Assembly: GCA_947244325.1 (NCBI GenBank) | Contig: CAMXJY010000004.1 | Coordinates: 70,178-134,177 of the forward strand | Direction of reading: 5' to 3' | Length of the DNA stretch: 64,000 bases | Source of the DNA: an uncultured Clostridium sp. | GTDB lineage: Bacteria > Bacillota > Clostridia > TANB77 > CAG-508 | Shown here: positions 30,119-40,129 of the stretch, piece after piece | Layout of the letters: every line of letters starts with the position of its first letter | Numbering within the stretch: position 1 is the first letter of the stretch | Made by a program: the position numbers and the translations under genes | The notes under the pieces: model-generated | The model's database searches: none | What the model saw: the letters and a program-made list of their open reading frames with translations, nothing else | What the model was told of the DNA's origin: nothing

Positions 30119-31645
30119 TTATGCTTTTGCAGTTTTTCCTTTTGTTAATTGATTTTTAATTTTATCAAAAAACTTAAATACATAATCATCTTTTAATATT
30201 ATAAGCATAACAAAATAACTAATTACACCAATTACCACTTGAGCACCTATAGTTATAATATTTACAAATTGTTCTTTATGTTCAACAAAATTCATAGCAA
30301 TATTATTTATAATTTCTGATATCATATTTGTATCTAAAATTATTTTTGCTCCCATACATAAAGCAAACATTACTAATCCTGATACTAAATATTTCCAACT
30401 TAAATTGAATAATTGTTTTATATCAAATTCTTTTCTAATATACCAAAGTTGAATAATATCAACAACAAGTTGTGATAATACTGTTGCTATTGAAGCTCCT
30501 ATAGACTCAAAATTTATTATCAAAATATAATTCAAAAAGAAATTTACTATTACTCCTATTGTAACTGATATAGTGTATTCTTTTTGTCTTTTTGTAGGTA
30601 ATAGGAATTGAGTTCCTACTACATTTGCTACACCCATTAATATTAAAATAGGACTTATAATATTTATCAAAATGACAACTTTATCATATCCTTTTCCAAA
30701 AAATAATGGAACAAAAGATTCAGATATACTAATTATTCCAAACATAATTGGAAACGCTAAGAAAAATACAAATTTAAAAGAAATTCTCATATATTCGTTT
30801 ATTTTCTTTTTATCTCCACTTGCAAATGTGCTTGCCATTCTAGGAACCATAACAATTCCAAGTGAAGTAACTATTGTAAGAAGCAAACGAATAACTTTTT
30901 GTCCTTGTTCATAGTATCCTGTTTCAGCTTTGTTTTCTACTAAGCTTCCTATCATTGTTGTATCTAATATTTTATATATTTGATTTGCAATTTGAGGAAT
31001 AAATAATAAAACAATTTGAGGTAAATGCTTTAAGGCATTTATATTTTTTACTTTAACTCCTCTTAAATATTTAGGTAAATAAAACCATAAAGATACATTT
31101 CCTATCAAATCTGCTAATGAATATATTAAAGTAAATTTTGCTAAATCTTCTGGATTTTTAACCAATATAAATACAAGTGTTACACTACAAATTCTTACTA
31201 AAACATTTCTTGTTACTGTTCTTTTAAATTCTTCCATACCTTGGAAAAACCAGCTAATATCAAATGCTGCAGCAATAAGTTCTAATAAAAGAATTTGATA
31301 ATATATTTGATAACTTTCTCCACGAATAAAAAAGAAGTAATAAAAAACAGTTGCAATAGCTATAGTTATAAATCTAAATATATTAACTTCTATAAAAACT
31401 TTTTTTCTTGCCTCAATATTTTCTTGAGCATATGCTATTTCTCTTTGACCATATAAAGCAACACCTAATGAGCCAAATAATATAAAATACGTAACAATAG
31501 AATAAGTATATCCATATATACCTATTCCCTCCGCACCTAAAACTCTTGATAAATATGGCGTTGTTACTAATGGTAATATAAGTGTTAATACTTGATATAC
31601 CATATTATATATATAATTTTTTGTAATACTTTTTTTTGCAGACAT
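30119..31645 (-). CDS. Oligosaccharide/polysaccharide flippase (MOP superfamily, Wzx-like)
   Basis: About 508 aa and about 14 TM. The N-terminus NYIYNMVYQVLTLILPLVTTPYLSRVLGAEGIGIY is typical of the family. The ATG at 31645 has a GAAGGGA RBS. Confidence 0.75.
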   Translation of the reverse strand: MSAKKSITKNYIYNMVYQVLTLILPLVTTPYLSRVLGAEGIGIYGYTYSIVTYFILFGSLGVALYGQREIAYAQENIEARKKVFIEVNIFRFITIAIATVFYYFFFIRGESYQIYYQILLLELIAAAFDISWFFQGMEEFKRTVTRNVLVRICSVTLVFILVKNPEDLAKFTLIYSLADLIGNVSLWFYLPKYLRGVKVKNINALKHLPQIVLLFIPQIANQIYKILDTTMIGSLVENKAETGYYEQGQKVIRLLLTIVTSLGIVMVPRMASTFASGDKKKINEYMRISFKFVFFLAFPIMFGIISISESFVPLFFGKGYDKVVILINIISPILILMGVANVVGTQFLLPTKRQKEYTISVTIGVIVNFFLNYILIINFESIGASIATVLSQLVVDIIQLWYIRKEFDIKQLFNLSWKYLVSGLVMFALCMGAKIILDTNMISEIINNIAMNFVEHKEQFVNIITIGAQVVIGVISYFVMLIILKDDYVFKFFDKIKNQLTKGKTAKA

Positions 31646-31750
31646 ATATTTTCCCTTCATACAATTATATCATTTTATATATTATCACTAAGATATGCTT
31701 TTTACAATTAATTATTCTTTACATCTATTTTAAACTTATGTTACATTTTT

Positions 31751-31794
31751 ATAAAAAACAGAAAGGAACTCCGCAAACACTGCTGAATTCCTTT
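31751..31794 (-). terminator. Terminator candidate after the decarboxylase island gene
   Basis: Minus strand reads AAAGGAA-19 nt-TTCCTTT followed by CTGTTTTTTAT. The large loop lowers confidence. Confidence 0.4.
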
Positions 31795-31905
31795 TCCATA
31801 ACTTTTTTTAGATTTGGAGAGTCGTTGGCTAAACAATATACTACTACTTTACCTTACTACTTTTACTGCACTAACATCATTAAGCCTTCCTGCTTTTGCT
31901 GGCTA

Positions 31906-33168
31906 CTACCAGCGAGGCTTATCAGATTCCGGATCAATTCTGAATGTTGCAAAATAATCTGAGGGTTTCTCAGCCCGCTTTATAAGCTGAACACTTCCGT
32001 CCAATCTCTTTAAATATTCGGCACAGTGCAGTTTACCGTTATAATTATATCCCATTGCAGAAGCATGTGCTCCTGAATCACATAACACCAGAATATCTCC
32101 CACTTCAATCTCCGGAAGCATTCTGTCAACGGCAAACTTGTCGTTGTTCTCACACAGAGAACCTGTGACATCATACTTGTGATCTTTGGGCTGATCTTCT
32201 TTCCCCAAAACAATGATCTCATGATATGCTCCATACATTGCTGGTCTCATCTGGTTTGCCGCACACGCATCACATCCTACATACTGTTTATGGGTATCTT
32301 TCTTGTGCAAAACCTTCATTACAAGCTGTCCAAACGGGGCAAGCATGTAACGTCCAAGCTCTGTATATATGGCTGGCTCCATACCTTCAGGTGTAAAAAT
32401 TTCTTCATACACCTTCCATACTCCGTCCGAAATAGCCCAGATGTCATTAGAGTCATCATTAGGATTGTACGCCACGCCAATACCGCCTGAAAGGTTCACA
32501 AATGCAATATCCACAGCCAGCTCTTTTTTCAGCTCAACCGCCAGTTCAAAAAGAACCCTGGCAAGCTTTGGATAATACTCATTCGCCAGCGTGTTACTCG
32601 CAAGAAAAGCATGTAAGCCAAAGTGTTTCACACCAGCTTCTTTCAGCTGCCTAAAAGCCTCAAAGATCTGTGGTCTTGTCATCCCATACTTTGCATCGCC
32701 GGGATTTCCCATGCAATTTTCCGATACCTTAAAGTCCCCGCCGGGATTGAACCTGCAACATATTGTATCCGGCATACTCACATACTCCTGTAAAAAAGGT
32801 ATATGAGAAATATCGTCAAGATTGATAATCGCATTTGCCTTTCTTGCATGAACATACTCATGTGCCGGCGTAACATTGGATGAAAACATTATTGGAGCAT
32901 TCAATCTCTCTGCAATTGTGAGCTCAGTATCAGAAGAGCAATCACAGCCACAGCCGAGTTTTACCAGAATATCTACGATGTCCGGGTTCGGGTTTGCTTT
33001 TACAGCAAAATACTCCCGAAACCCTTTATTCCATGAAAACGCTTCCATAACTTCTTTCGCATTTTCGATGATCCCTTTTTCATCGTAGATATAAAACGGT
33101 GATGATGCCTTTCCAATAAGCTCAGCTTCCTTCTTTGATAAAATACTATATTTTTGATTCATAAGCAA
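31906..33168 (-). CDS. lysA: PLP-dependent group IV decarboxylase, diaminopimelate decarboxylase family (higher-GC island)
   Basis: 420-aa track ORF. The likely ATG is at 33162, after an AAAGGA RBS. Supporting segments: YFAVKANPNP (PLP Lys), NLSGGIGV, and the C-terminal GSLCENNDKF..CDSGAHASAMGYNYNG pattern. The composition is clearly GC-richer than its neighbours. Confidence 0.65.
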   Translation of the reverse strand: MLMNQKYSILSKKEAELIGKASSPFYIYDEKGIIENAKEVMEAFSWNKGFREYFAVKANPNPDIVDILVKLGCGCDCSSDTELTIAERLNAPIMFSSNVTPAHEYVHARKANAIINLDDISHIPFLQEYVSMPDTICCRFNPGGDFKVSENCMGNPGDAKYGMTRPQIFEAFRQLKEAGVKHFGLHAFLASNTLANEYYPKLARVLFELAVELKKELAVDIAFVNLSGGIGVAYNPNDDSNDIWAISDGVWKVYEEIFTPEGMEPAIYTELGRYMLAPFGQLVMKVLHKKDTHKQYVGCDACAANQMRPAMYGAYHEIIVLGKEDQPKDHKYDVTGSLCENNDKFAVDRMLPEIEVGDILVLCDSGAHASAMGYNYNGKLHCAEYLKRLDGSVQLIKRAEKPSDYFATFRIDPESDKPRW

Positions 33169-33214
33169 TTCCTTTCTGCCAAGCTCTCCATTCTTTCAAA
33201 AATAAAGCGATTAA

Positions 33215-33243
33215 ATTATATCACATTTAACTGATTATGTAAA
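33215..33243 (-). promoter_or_regulatory. SigA-type promoter upstream of the decarboxylase gene
   Basis: Minus strand reads TTTACA-17 nt-TATAAT. An adjacent inverted repeat ATTATGTAA..TTACATAAT spans 33234-33262. Confidence 0.45.
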
Positions 33244-33359
33244 GTAAAGTTTGTTACATAATTCATCTTGCTAATAATTTTTATTAATTATTCTTCATAA
33301 ATGAATTACTATTAACTTAACCAAAATAAGCCTATAACAAACTTATAGGCTCATAATAG

Positions 33360-34100
33360 CTATTTACTTCCAAACTTATAATAATAATTTTTTACATCAC
33401 TTAAAACAGTTTCAAGATGTATAATCTCGCCTTTATCATTTACAACAATCATATTTGGATATGTCATCATCATCTTTTCATTTGAAAATGCTTCTCCAAA
33501 ATAAATATCTCCAACTTCTTTTGCATCTATTCCATTAATATTTATATTATATTCATTTGCTACTCTAACTAAAAAATTATCTAAAGCATAACAAGTAATT
33601 AATCCATCAAATGTCATAAATAAAGTAATTAGTGAAATAGCTAATTTTAATAAGTTATTAGAAACTTTATCTATAGCAAAATCAATAGCTTTATCTAAAG
33701 CGGGATTTACATATCTAATTAGTATTATAGATAAAAATCCCCATAAAACTGCGTAATATAAACAAGTTCTTCCATTTATATTTAAGAAATCATTTGAATA
33801 ATCCCACCATTTAACATGAAACATCAATTCACCAATGTAACTTGCTAAATACTCTACACTGCATCCTACAATTACTCCATAAAAGAATAATTTTACATTA
33901 CTTTTCTTATATTTACTTAAAGTAACAATTATAGCAATAGCAGCTATTCCATATACAATACAAAATGGACCATATAGAAAGCTTTGCCTACTCTCTAACA
34001 TTCCCTTAGTAAAAATTGCATAAACAGTTTCCAATAAAAAACCTGCTATACTGTAAATAATAAAATAAATTAAAAATTTCCAAAAAATACTCTTCTTCAT
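33360..34100 (-). CDS. Multi-pass membrane protein, putative ABC-transporter type IV (PF06541-like) family
   Basis: 246 aa. The N-terminus FLIYFIIYSIAGFLLETVYAIF...LYGPFCIVYGIAA fits that family pattern. Confidence 0.55.
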   Translation of the reverse strand: MKKSIFWKFLIYFIIYSIAGFLLETVYAIFTKGMLESRQSFLYGPFCIVYGIAAIAIIVTLSKYKKSNVKLFFYGVIVGCSVEYLASYIGELMFHVKWWDYSNDFLNINGRTCLYYAVLWGFLSIILIRYVNPALDKAIDFAIDKVSNNLLKLAISLITLFMTFDGLITCYALDNFLVRVANEYNININGIDAKEVGDIYFGEAFSNEKMMMTYPNMIVVNDKGEIIHLETVLSDVKNYYYKFGSK

Positions 34101-34191
34101 AAAAGGTATTATTTACAAATATTTTTAAATTATACAAATTTTAGAAATTAAAATTTGTGCTTTAATATTGTATACAATATTGGCAAACCCC

Positions 34192-34231
34192 TTATTTATT
34201 AGGAAGTTCGAAGAACTTTCCTAATAAATAA
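34192..34231. repeat. Long palindromic hairpin with a GTTCGAAGAAC core
   Basis: TTATTTATTAGGAAGTTC-gaa-GAACTTTCCTAATAAATAA. The core is nearly identical to the hairpin at 40061-40086. Confidence 0.6.
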
Positions 34232-34287
34232 TAAAGGAGCTAAAAATTTTCCAAAAATTTTTAGCTCACTATAATTATCTTTTAAAT

Positions 34288-35343
34288 TTAATTATTTTTT
34301 ACTCTAATATCTCCTGATGTTGTTTCTATGTATAATTTATTATATGGTTCAACTCCAATTACATTTCTTCCATTTGGAAAACTTGTATCTCCTGAAGTAG
34401 TTTTTGCTTCAATAGTACAATTTGATGTCTCATCTAAATAAATTTCAACTTCTCCTGAAACAGTATGTATTCTACTTTCACTATTAATTAAAAATTTATT
34501 TAAGCTTATATCTCCAGATGTACTTTTACCATCTATACTTCCTTGAAGCTTTTCTATTTCAATCTCTCCAGAAACTGTTTTAACATTTGTTTTACCTTGA
34601 ATATTATCAAACTCAATATCTCCTGATGTTGTTTCCATTTCAATTTTATTAGCAGTTACACTACTTATATTAATATTTCCTGATATGCTTTTTATCTTTC
34701 CTTCTTCACAATTTAAAGTATTACTAATTATTTCTCCTGAAGTAGTATTTATGTTACAATTTTTTCCTTCTAATCTATCAATATTTACATTGCCAGAGGC
34801 TGTAGATATTTTTAAACTCTCAACTTTTAATAAGTTTTTAAATTTTACATCTCCACTTGCTAAAGTTATCTCTACATTTTTTAATGTTATATCGTCATTA
34901 GCTTCAATTGTACTTGATGCAGCTTCTAGTTTAAAATTATTTATGTATGTTTTTGGTATGTACACATCATATAAATCTGTTGGTGTAATTGCAAAGAAAT
35001 AGAATTTTCTTTCTTCCTCAATTCTTATTTTTGTACTACTTTTATCTATATTTAATTCTCTTGCATTTTCTTTAGAATTTGAATATTGAACTATTTTAAT
35101 TTGTGTTTCATCTGTTATAATTAATCTTACATCTGATGATGCAAAATTTATTTCTAAATCTTCTATATTTTCTATTGATATACTTTCTTCTCTTACTTTA
35201 GAACTTTCTGTTCTTGATACACTTTTCATATTCCAAAAACTTCCACTTTCTCTACCATTTACTGAGCTTATTAAAATATGAGTTAACGAACATGCTAGCA
35301 TACTTAATATAGCTATCAAACATATTATCCAAATTTTTCTCAT
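34288..35343 (-). CDS. DUF4097-family (YvlB/LiaG-like) repeat protein
   Basis: 351 aa with an N-terminal TM. It has many repeats of the SGD[IV]/SGE[IV]/SGN[IV] beta-strand motif. Confidence 0.7.
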   Translation of the reverse strand: MRKIWIICLIAILSMLACSLTHILISSVNGRESGSFWNMKSVSRTESSKVREESISIENIEDLEINFASSDVRLIITDETQIKIVQYSNSKENARELNIDKSSTKIRIEEERKFYFFAITPTDLYDVYIPKTYINNFKLEAASSTIEANDDITLKNVEITLASGDVKFKNLLKVESLKISTASGNVNIDRLEGKNCNINTTSGEIISNTLNCEEGKIKSISGNINISSVTANKIEMETTSGDIEFDNIQGKTNVKTVSGEIEIEKLQGSIDGKSTSGDISLNKFLINSESRIHTVSGEVEIYLDETSNCTIEAKTTSGDTSFPNGRNVIGVEPYNKLYIETTSGDIRVKNN

Positions 35344-35437
35344 TTATTTATTCCTTTCTTACAACATCCATAATTTACACTTTATATTAATTTATTTATA
35401 AATGTAAAAATTTTGTATTTATAAATTCTATCAATTT

Positions 35438-36091
35438 CTATTCACTTAATTTGAAAATTAAATTAACTATATTCTCTACTAAACATGCTATTATAAAGAT
35501 TATCCATGATATATGCCAATTTCCAAAATTAAAACTCATTAATAAATATATAATTACTGTTACTGACCAAATTATTGAATTAATAGCTTTTTTTATTTCT
35601 TTATTTTTATCTTTTTTGCCTTTCCATTCTTTAAATTCTTCTACAATTGTATCATCATATCTGTTATACTTTGGTCTAGACATAAAATGATATATTAATA
35701 AACATGTAGGTATTCCCGCTAATGTAAAAAATGTACTAGCTATAATAAAATCAGGCATTCCAAGTTCATCTAAAACTATAGTTGAAATTAAACTCAAAAT
35801 GTAAAATCCTACAGATATTGAAACAAACAATGCTGTTTTCTTTCTATTTTTATCATCTAAACTACTGTTTATTGGATTTTCTCTTTCTATTTCTTTTAAT
35901 AATTCATCTACATTACCTATTTCTTGTATTACTTTATCATAACTTTCTTTTTCTGATTTTCCATCTGCTATTAAATCACTATATTTATCATTTGCATTTG
36001 ATATTATTTCATCTTTTAAATCATTTACTCTTTTTGTGTTTGGAGCATCTTCAAATAATTCATTTACATATACTCTAATTTTATCATTCAT
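35438..36091 (-). CDS. Membrane protein of the PadR-associated stress module (DUF1700-like / permease-prefix-like N-terminus)
   Basis: 217 aa. A soluble helical N-terminus is followed by about 4 TM. The family assignment rests on context (PadR, PspC, DUF4097) and is weak. Confidence 0.45.
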   Translation of the reverse strand: MNDKIRVYVNELFEDAPNTKRVNDLKDEIISNANDKYSDLIADGKSEKESYDKVIQEIGNVDELLKEIERENPINSSLDDKNRKKTALFVSISVGFYILSLISTIVLDELGMPDFIIASTFFTLAGIPTCLLIYHFMSRPKYNRYDDTIVEEFKEWKGKKDKNKEIKKAINSIIWSVTVIIYLLMSFNFGNWHISWIIFIIACLVENIVNLIFKLSE

Positions 36092-36143
36092 ATTTTTATT
36101 TTCCTTTAATAATTATTTAGTTTTTTAGATTTAAAACTATAAA

Positions 36144-36338
36144 CTATACTATATCTGATTCTCTTGGCATTACAATAGCTGCTAATATATAAGCAATTAT
36201 TCCACCGCCCCAAAGACAACCAAAAAATATCCAAGCAAGTCTTACAAGTGTTGGGTCAACATCAAAATATTCTGCTATTCCACCGCATACACCTTCAATT
36301 TTCTTTCCTCTTTCTATTTTATAAAGTTTCTTTTTCAT
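36144..36338 (-). CDS. PspC domain-containing protein
   Basis: 64 aa. LYKIERGKKIEGVCGGIAEYFDVDPTLVRLAWIFF matches the PspC domain. Confidence 0.8.
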   Translation of the reverse strand: MKKKLYKIERGKKIEGVCGGIAEYFDVDPTLVRLAWIFFGCLWGGGIIAYILAAIVMPRESDIV

Positions 36339-36356
36339 TATTTTAAGTCCTCCATA

Positions 36357-36677
36357 TTAAATTAATTTATCTATTAACTCTTTTGTTAATTTCCATTCTT
36401 CTATATTTTGCTTATAAAATTCTATCCCTTGATTAGTTATAGAATAATATCTTCTTCTAGCTCCTGTGTTTCCTTCTCCCCAAAAAGAGCTTATGTACCC
36501 TAATTGTTCTAATCTTCTAAATGCACAATATAATGTAGCATCATTTAATTCATATTTTCCATCTGTTTTTTCTTTTATCGATTTATTTATTTCATATCCA
36601 TAGCTATTGCCTTTCATTAAATGTGCTAAAATGATTGTTTCTGTATGTCCTCTAATTATATCTGATCTGATAGACAT
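36357..36677 (-). CDS. PadR family transcriptional regulator
   Basis: 106 aa. ILAHLMKGNSYGYEINKSIKEKTDG...NDATLYCAFRRLEQLGYI is a PadR-type winged helix. Confidence 0.85.
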   Translation of the reverse strand: MSIRSDIIRGHTETIILAHLMKGNSYGYEINKSIKEKTDGKYELNDATLYCAFRRLEQLGYISSFWGEGNTGARRRYYSITNQGIEFYKQNIEEWKLTKELIDKLI

Positions 36678-36806
36678 TTATTCACCTCCATACTTCGATA
36701 TATATTATATATTTTTATACCTTATCTGTCAAGGTATATTATAAAATTTAAACTAGCATACAAAAATACTAGTTTAATAATATTTTTAAGCTATAATAAA
36801 AATATT

Positions 36807-36899
36807 AAAAGTAATTAAATATATTTAATTGAGTGATGCGCAGCCTTGGGAGCACAAGCGACCAGCAAAGCACGAATGATAATATATTTAATTACTTTT
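36807..36899. repeat. 19-bp AT-rich inverted repeat enclosing a 55-nt GC-rich loop
   Basis: AAAAGTAATTAAATATATT (36807-36825) is the reverse complement of AATATATTTAATTACTTTT (36881-36899). The loop contains GATGCGCAGCCTTGGGAGCACAAGCGACCAGCAAAGCACG. Confidence 0.55.
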
Positions 36900-36928
36900 C
36901 TATATTAATATATTTTACAAAATATTTC

Positions 36929-39118
36929 TTATACAATATCAAATTCTAATTCTACTTTAAATAAATCCCCATCAACTTGCAAATCAAATTTTCCTTTTTG
37001 AAGTTCAGTTAAACTCTTAGATATTGAAATTCCAAGCCCACTTCCCTCTGTTGTTCTTGATTTATCTCCTCTAACAAATCTTTGCATTAATTCATCTGCT
37101 GAAATATTAAGTCTTTCTTTTGATATATTCTTAATAGCTATTTTTACTTTTCCACCATCTCTTACTACATCTACATAAACTCTTGAGCTTTCTAATGCAT
37201 ATTTTGATATATTACTAAATAAGTTCTCAATTACTCTATACATATATCTGTTATCTGCACTTATATATACAATTCCTTCTGGAATTTTAGTTATTATTTC
37301 TAGTTTTTTCTCATTAAATCTGTCTTCAAATTCTCCTGTTGTTTGTTTTATTAATTCTCCAATATTTATTTTTTCTATATTTAATTTAACATTACCTGAA
37401 GAGGCTTTTGATGCTTCTACTAGGTCTTCTGTTAATTTCTTTAGTCTTTGTGATTTACTATCTAAAATATCGATATATTCTTTTATCTTAGGATTATCTA
37501 TTTCTTCTTTTTTTAGTAAATCTACATAATTTATTATAGAAGTTAAAGGTGTTTTTATATCATGTGATACATTAGTAATAAGCTCTGTTTTTAGTTTTTC
37601 TGATTTTATTCCTTCTTGTATTGCATTTTCAAATCCGCTTGATACATCATTTATATATTTTATTACATCTTGAAATTCTGGTACAAAATCTGATGAAAAT
37701 AATTTCTTAGTATGGTCTCCTTCATACATTTCTTTCAAGTGATTTTCTATTTTTTTGTAACAATTAATTCTTTCAATAAATTTATAAATAAAATATGCTG
37801 TTATTATAAGTGCTATTCCTGCTCCAAGACCTTCAAAAAGTCCAATTAATAAAATCATACCTACCGCATATCCTATTATAAATATTATTACTTTTGCAGT
37901 TACTGTTAATGAATTACTAATTTCTTTGCATGCTTTATCAATTTGTTTAAATATTTTTTTCAAAATTTTAAAACAAAATCTACAAGTTCTTCCAGTGATA
38001 CTATCTTTTATTAGAGTTTTAGCTTTAATTCTTTTAATAATTGTTACTCCTGTTAAAGCACACACTATATAACTTACGAAATATCCTGTAAGTAATAAGC
38101 TTATTGCCAAATCATAATATTCATCATAAATAACACGTATAAATTCTCCAGCAGCTCCTATTATAAATATTACTATTATAGTAGCAACACAAAGAATTAT
38201 TTCTATAGGAATTTTATCAAAATCATTAATATCTATTCCTTCTTTTCCTTTTGTATGACCTATTGCAATAATTAAATATATACATAAAATAACTACAATT
38301 ATTGCACTTGCAGGAATTAAATAATACATTTGTACTTCATAAGGTTCTAACCTACTTATTAATTCTTTAAAGAATATATCATCATTTCTTTCAATTACTT
38401 CTTCTTTATAAGTAGTATATATTTTTAAATCTTTTATTGTTTGTGTATGAAAAGTTTTTATCAATCTTTCTGTAGTATTACTTGAATCTGTAGAAAGTAT
38501 ATCTGTATTTTCTTCATCTGGCTCTTCTATAATTTCGCTTGGCATCTCATAATCTGATGTATATGGATAATTAGAACTTACATTTTCTTCAGTAGTTATT
38601 GTATAATAAGTATTTTGAAAATTATCAAAATATTGTATAGCCTTATTCCTTATAACTTCTGAATCTGCTTCAATAGCCCCATTAATTATATTAGCTTTTT
38701 TAGCATTATCCCTAGTATTAATATATTGCATAACTTTATCTAACGTATCTGTTTCAGAAGTTAATTCAACATTTGTTAATGCCAAATTTTCATATAAAAT
38801 TACATAATAGAAATCTTTAAAATCCACATAATAATAACCATCATAATAGCCTTGAGTTGAACAATAAAATATCTTGTAATTATTATCTGTAATTGCTTTA
38901 TATCTGTCATTATGATAAATTAAATTATTAGTTTGACTATATAATCTTGACATATAAATAGATAAAAAATTATCTGATTCAAAATATTCACTATCATATT
39001 TGTTTTCATCTTTTAAATCATTTTTTGAAGACTCATAAAATATAGATACTATAATTGCAAGTACTAGAATAGGTATTAATATGTAACTTATAACTTTTAA
39101 AATTTTACTTTCTCTCAT
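36929..39118 (-). CDS. Sensor histidine kinase with a large N-terminal extracytoplasmic/TM region
   Basis: 729 aa. H-box SHDIKTPLTSI and an HATPase_c domain (GSGLGISISKSL). Confidence 0.85.
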   Translation of the reverse strand: MRESKILKVISYILIPILVLAIIVSIFYESSKNDLKDENKYDSEYFESDNFLSIYMSRLYSQTNNLIYHNDRYKAITDNNYKIFYCSTQGYYDGYYYVDFKDFYYVILYENLALTNVELTSETDTLDKVMQYINTRDNAKKANIINGAIEADSEVIRNKAIQYFDNFQNTYYTITTEENVSSNYPYTSDYEMPSEIIEEPDEENTDILSTDSSNTTERLIKTFHTQTIKDLKIYTTYKEEVIERNDDIFFKELISRLEPYEVQMYYLIPASAIIVVILCIYLIIAIGHTKGKEGIDINDFDKIPIEIILCVATIIVIFIIGAAGEFIRVIYDEYYDLAISLLLTGYFVSYIVCALTGVTIIKRIKAKTLIKDSITGRTCRFCFKILKKIFKQIDKACKEISNSLTVTAKVIIFIIGYAVGMILLIGLFEGLGAGIALIITAYFIYKFIERINCYKKIENHLKEMYEGDHTKKLFSSDFVPEFQDVIKYINDVSSGFENAIQEGIKSEKLKTELITNVSHDIKTPLTSIINYVDLLKKEEIDNPKIKEYIDILDSKSQRLKKLTEDLVEASKASSGNVKLNIEKINIGELIKQTTGEFEDRFNEKKLEIITKIPEGIVYISADNRYMYRVIENLFSNISKYALESSRVYVDVVRDGGKVKIAIKNISKERLNISADELMQRFVRGDKSRTTEGSGLGISISKSLTELQKGKFDLQVDGDLFKVELEFDIV

Positions 39119-39137
39119 AATTTTTTCCTTTCTTTAC

Positions 39138-39170
39138 TTTAGACACTAGGACGGAGGTTTTGTCTAAATT
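39138..39170. repeat. REP-like element (R orientation) between the response regulator and kinase genes
   Basis: TTTAGACACTAGGACGGAGGTTTTGTCTAAATT. Confidence 0.7.
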
Positions 39171-39247
39171 TCTATAATTCTTTATCTTAAATTAATCTAT
39201 TAAAATAATTATATATAAATTTTAAGCAAAGTTTATGTGCCTATTCT

Positions 39248-39946
39248 CTAATTTATTTTCTCAATTTTATATCCTATTCCCCATATTACCTTTAAATATT
39301 TTGGCTCTTTAGGATTTATTTCAATTTTTTCTCTTATATGTCTTATGTGTACAGCAATTATATTTTCCGCACCAAACGCCTCATCATCCCAAACATTTTG
39401 ATATATTTGTTCTATTGAAAATACTATTCCTTTATTTTTTATCAAGAATTTTAATATATTATATTCTGTAGGTGTTAACTTTACTTGATTTCCATCCACT
39501 GTTACTGTTTTTAAATTATCATCAATTATCAAATCGCCTGTTCTATATATACTTTTACTATCCTTTTCTTCTATTGCTCCAAGTTTCGTATATCTTCGTA
39601 TTCCTGAATTAACTCTTGCAATTAATTCTAGTGGATTAAAAGGTTTTGTTACATAATCATCTGCACCAAGATTCAATCCTTTTATTTTATCTTCATCTTC
39701 TGATTTTGCAGATAACATTATAACAGGTATACTTGTATTCATTCTTATTTCATTTAAAGTTTCAATCCCATCTTTTTTAGGCATCATAATATCTAATATC
39801 ACTAAATGAATTGTATTATTATTTAAAACTTTTATAGCTTCATCTCCATCATAAGCTTTTAAAACATTGTATCCTTCTTTAGTTAAATATATTTCTATAG
39901 CTTTAACAATTTCTTTATCATCATCACATACTAAAATATTATACAT
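39248..39946 (-). CDS. OmpR-family response regulator
   Basis: 232 aa. Receiver domain (DD..D54-like ILDIMMPKKDG) plus a C-terminal winged-helix Trans_reg_C domain (LTPTEYNILKFL...GIGYK). Confidence 0.9.
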   Translation of the reverse strand: MYNILVCDDDKEIVKAIEIYLTKEGYNVLKAYDGDEAIKVLNNNTIHLVILDIMMPKKDGIETLNEIRMNTSIPVIMLSAKSEDEDKIKGLNLGADDYVTKPFNPLELIARVNSGIRRYTKLGAIEEKDSKSIYRTGDLIIDDNLKTVTVDGNQVKLTPTEYNILKFLIKNKGIVFSIEQIYQNVWDDEAFGAENIIAVHIRHIREKIEINPKEPKYLKVIWGIGYKIEKIN

Positions 39947-40060
39947 TTTTTAATCCCCCATTTATTATTGACTATTATTATTATAACAAAACTTTATTAA
40001 GAAAAAATAGAGAAAATATTAAGAATTTATTAAGAGAAATTTTAGTTCATTTTGTAAAAG

Positions 40061-40086
40061 ATAGGAAGTGCGAAGCACTTTCCTAT
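40061..40086. repeat. Palindromic hairpin with a GTGCGAAGCAC core
   Basis: ATAGGAAGTGC-gaa-GCACTTTCCTAT. It shares TAGGAAGTNCGAAGNACTTTCCTA with the hairpin at 34192-34231. Confidence 0.6.
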
Positions 40087-40087
40087 A

Positions 40088-40122
40088 AAATCAAAAATCT
40101 CTACATAAAATTATGTAGAGAT
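40088..40122 (-). terminator. Rho-independent terminator of the PHP gene
   Basis: Minus strand reads ATCTCTACATAA-ttt-TATGTAGAGAT followed by TTTTGATTTT. Confidence 0.75.
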
Positions 40123-40129
40123 TAAGATT

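Noticed and set aside
36831-36880. The GC-rich 50-nt patch as a tRNA or tRNA fragment.
   Set aside because: It is too short, and no cloverleaf, T-loop (GTTCRA) or anticodon-stem pattern is present.
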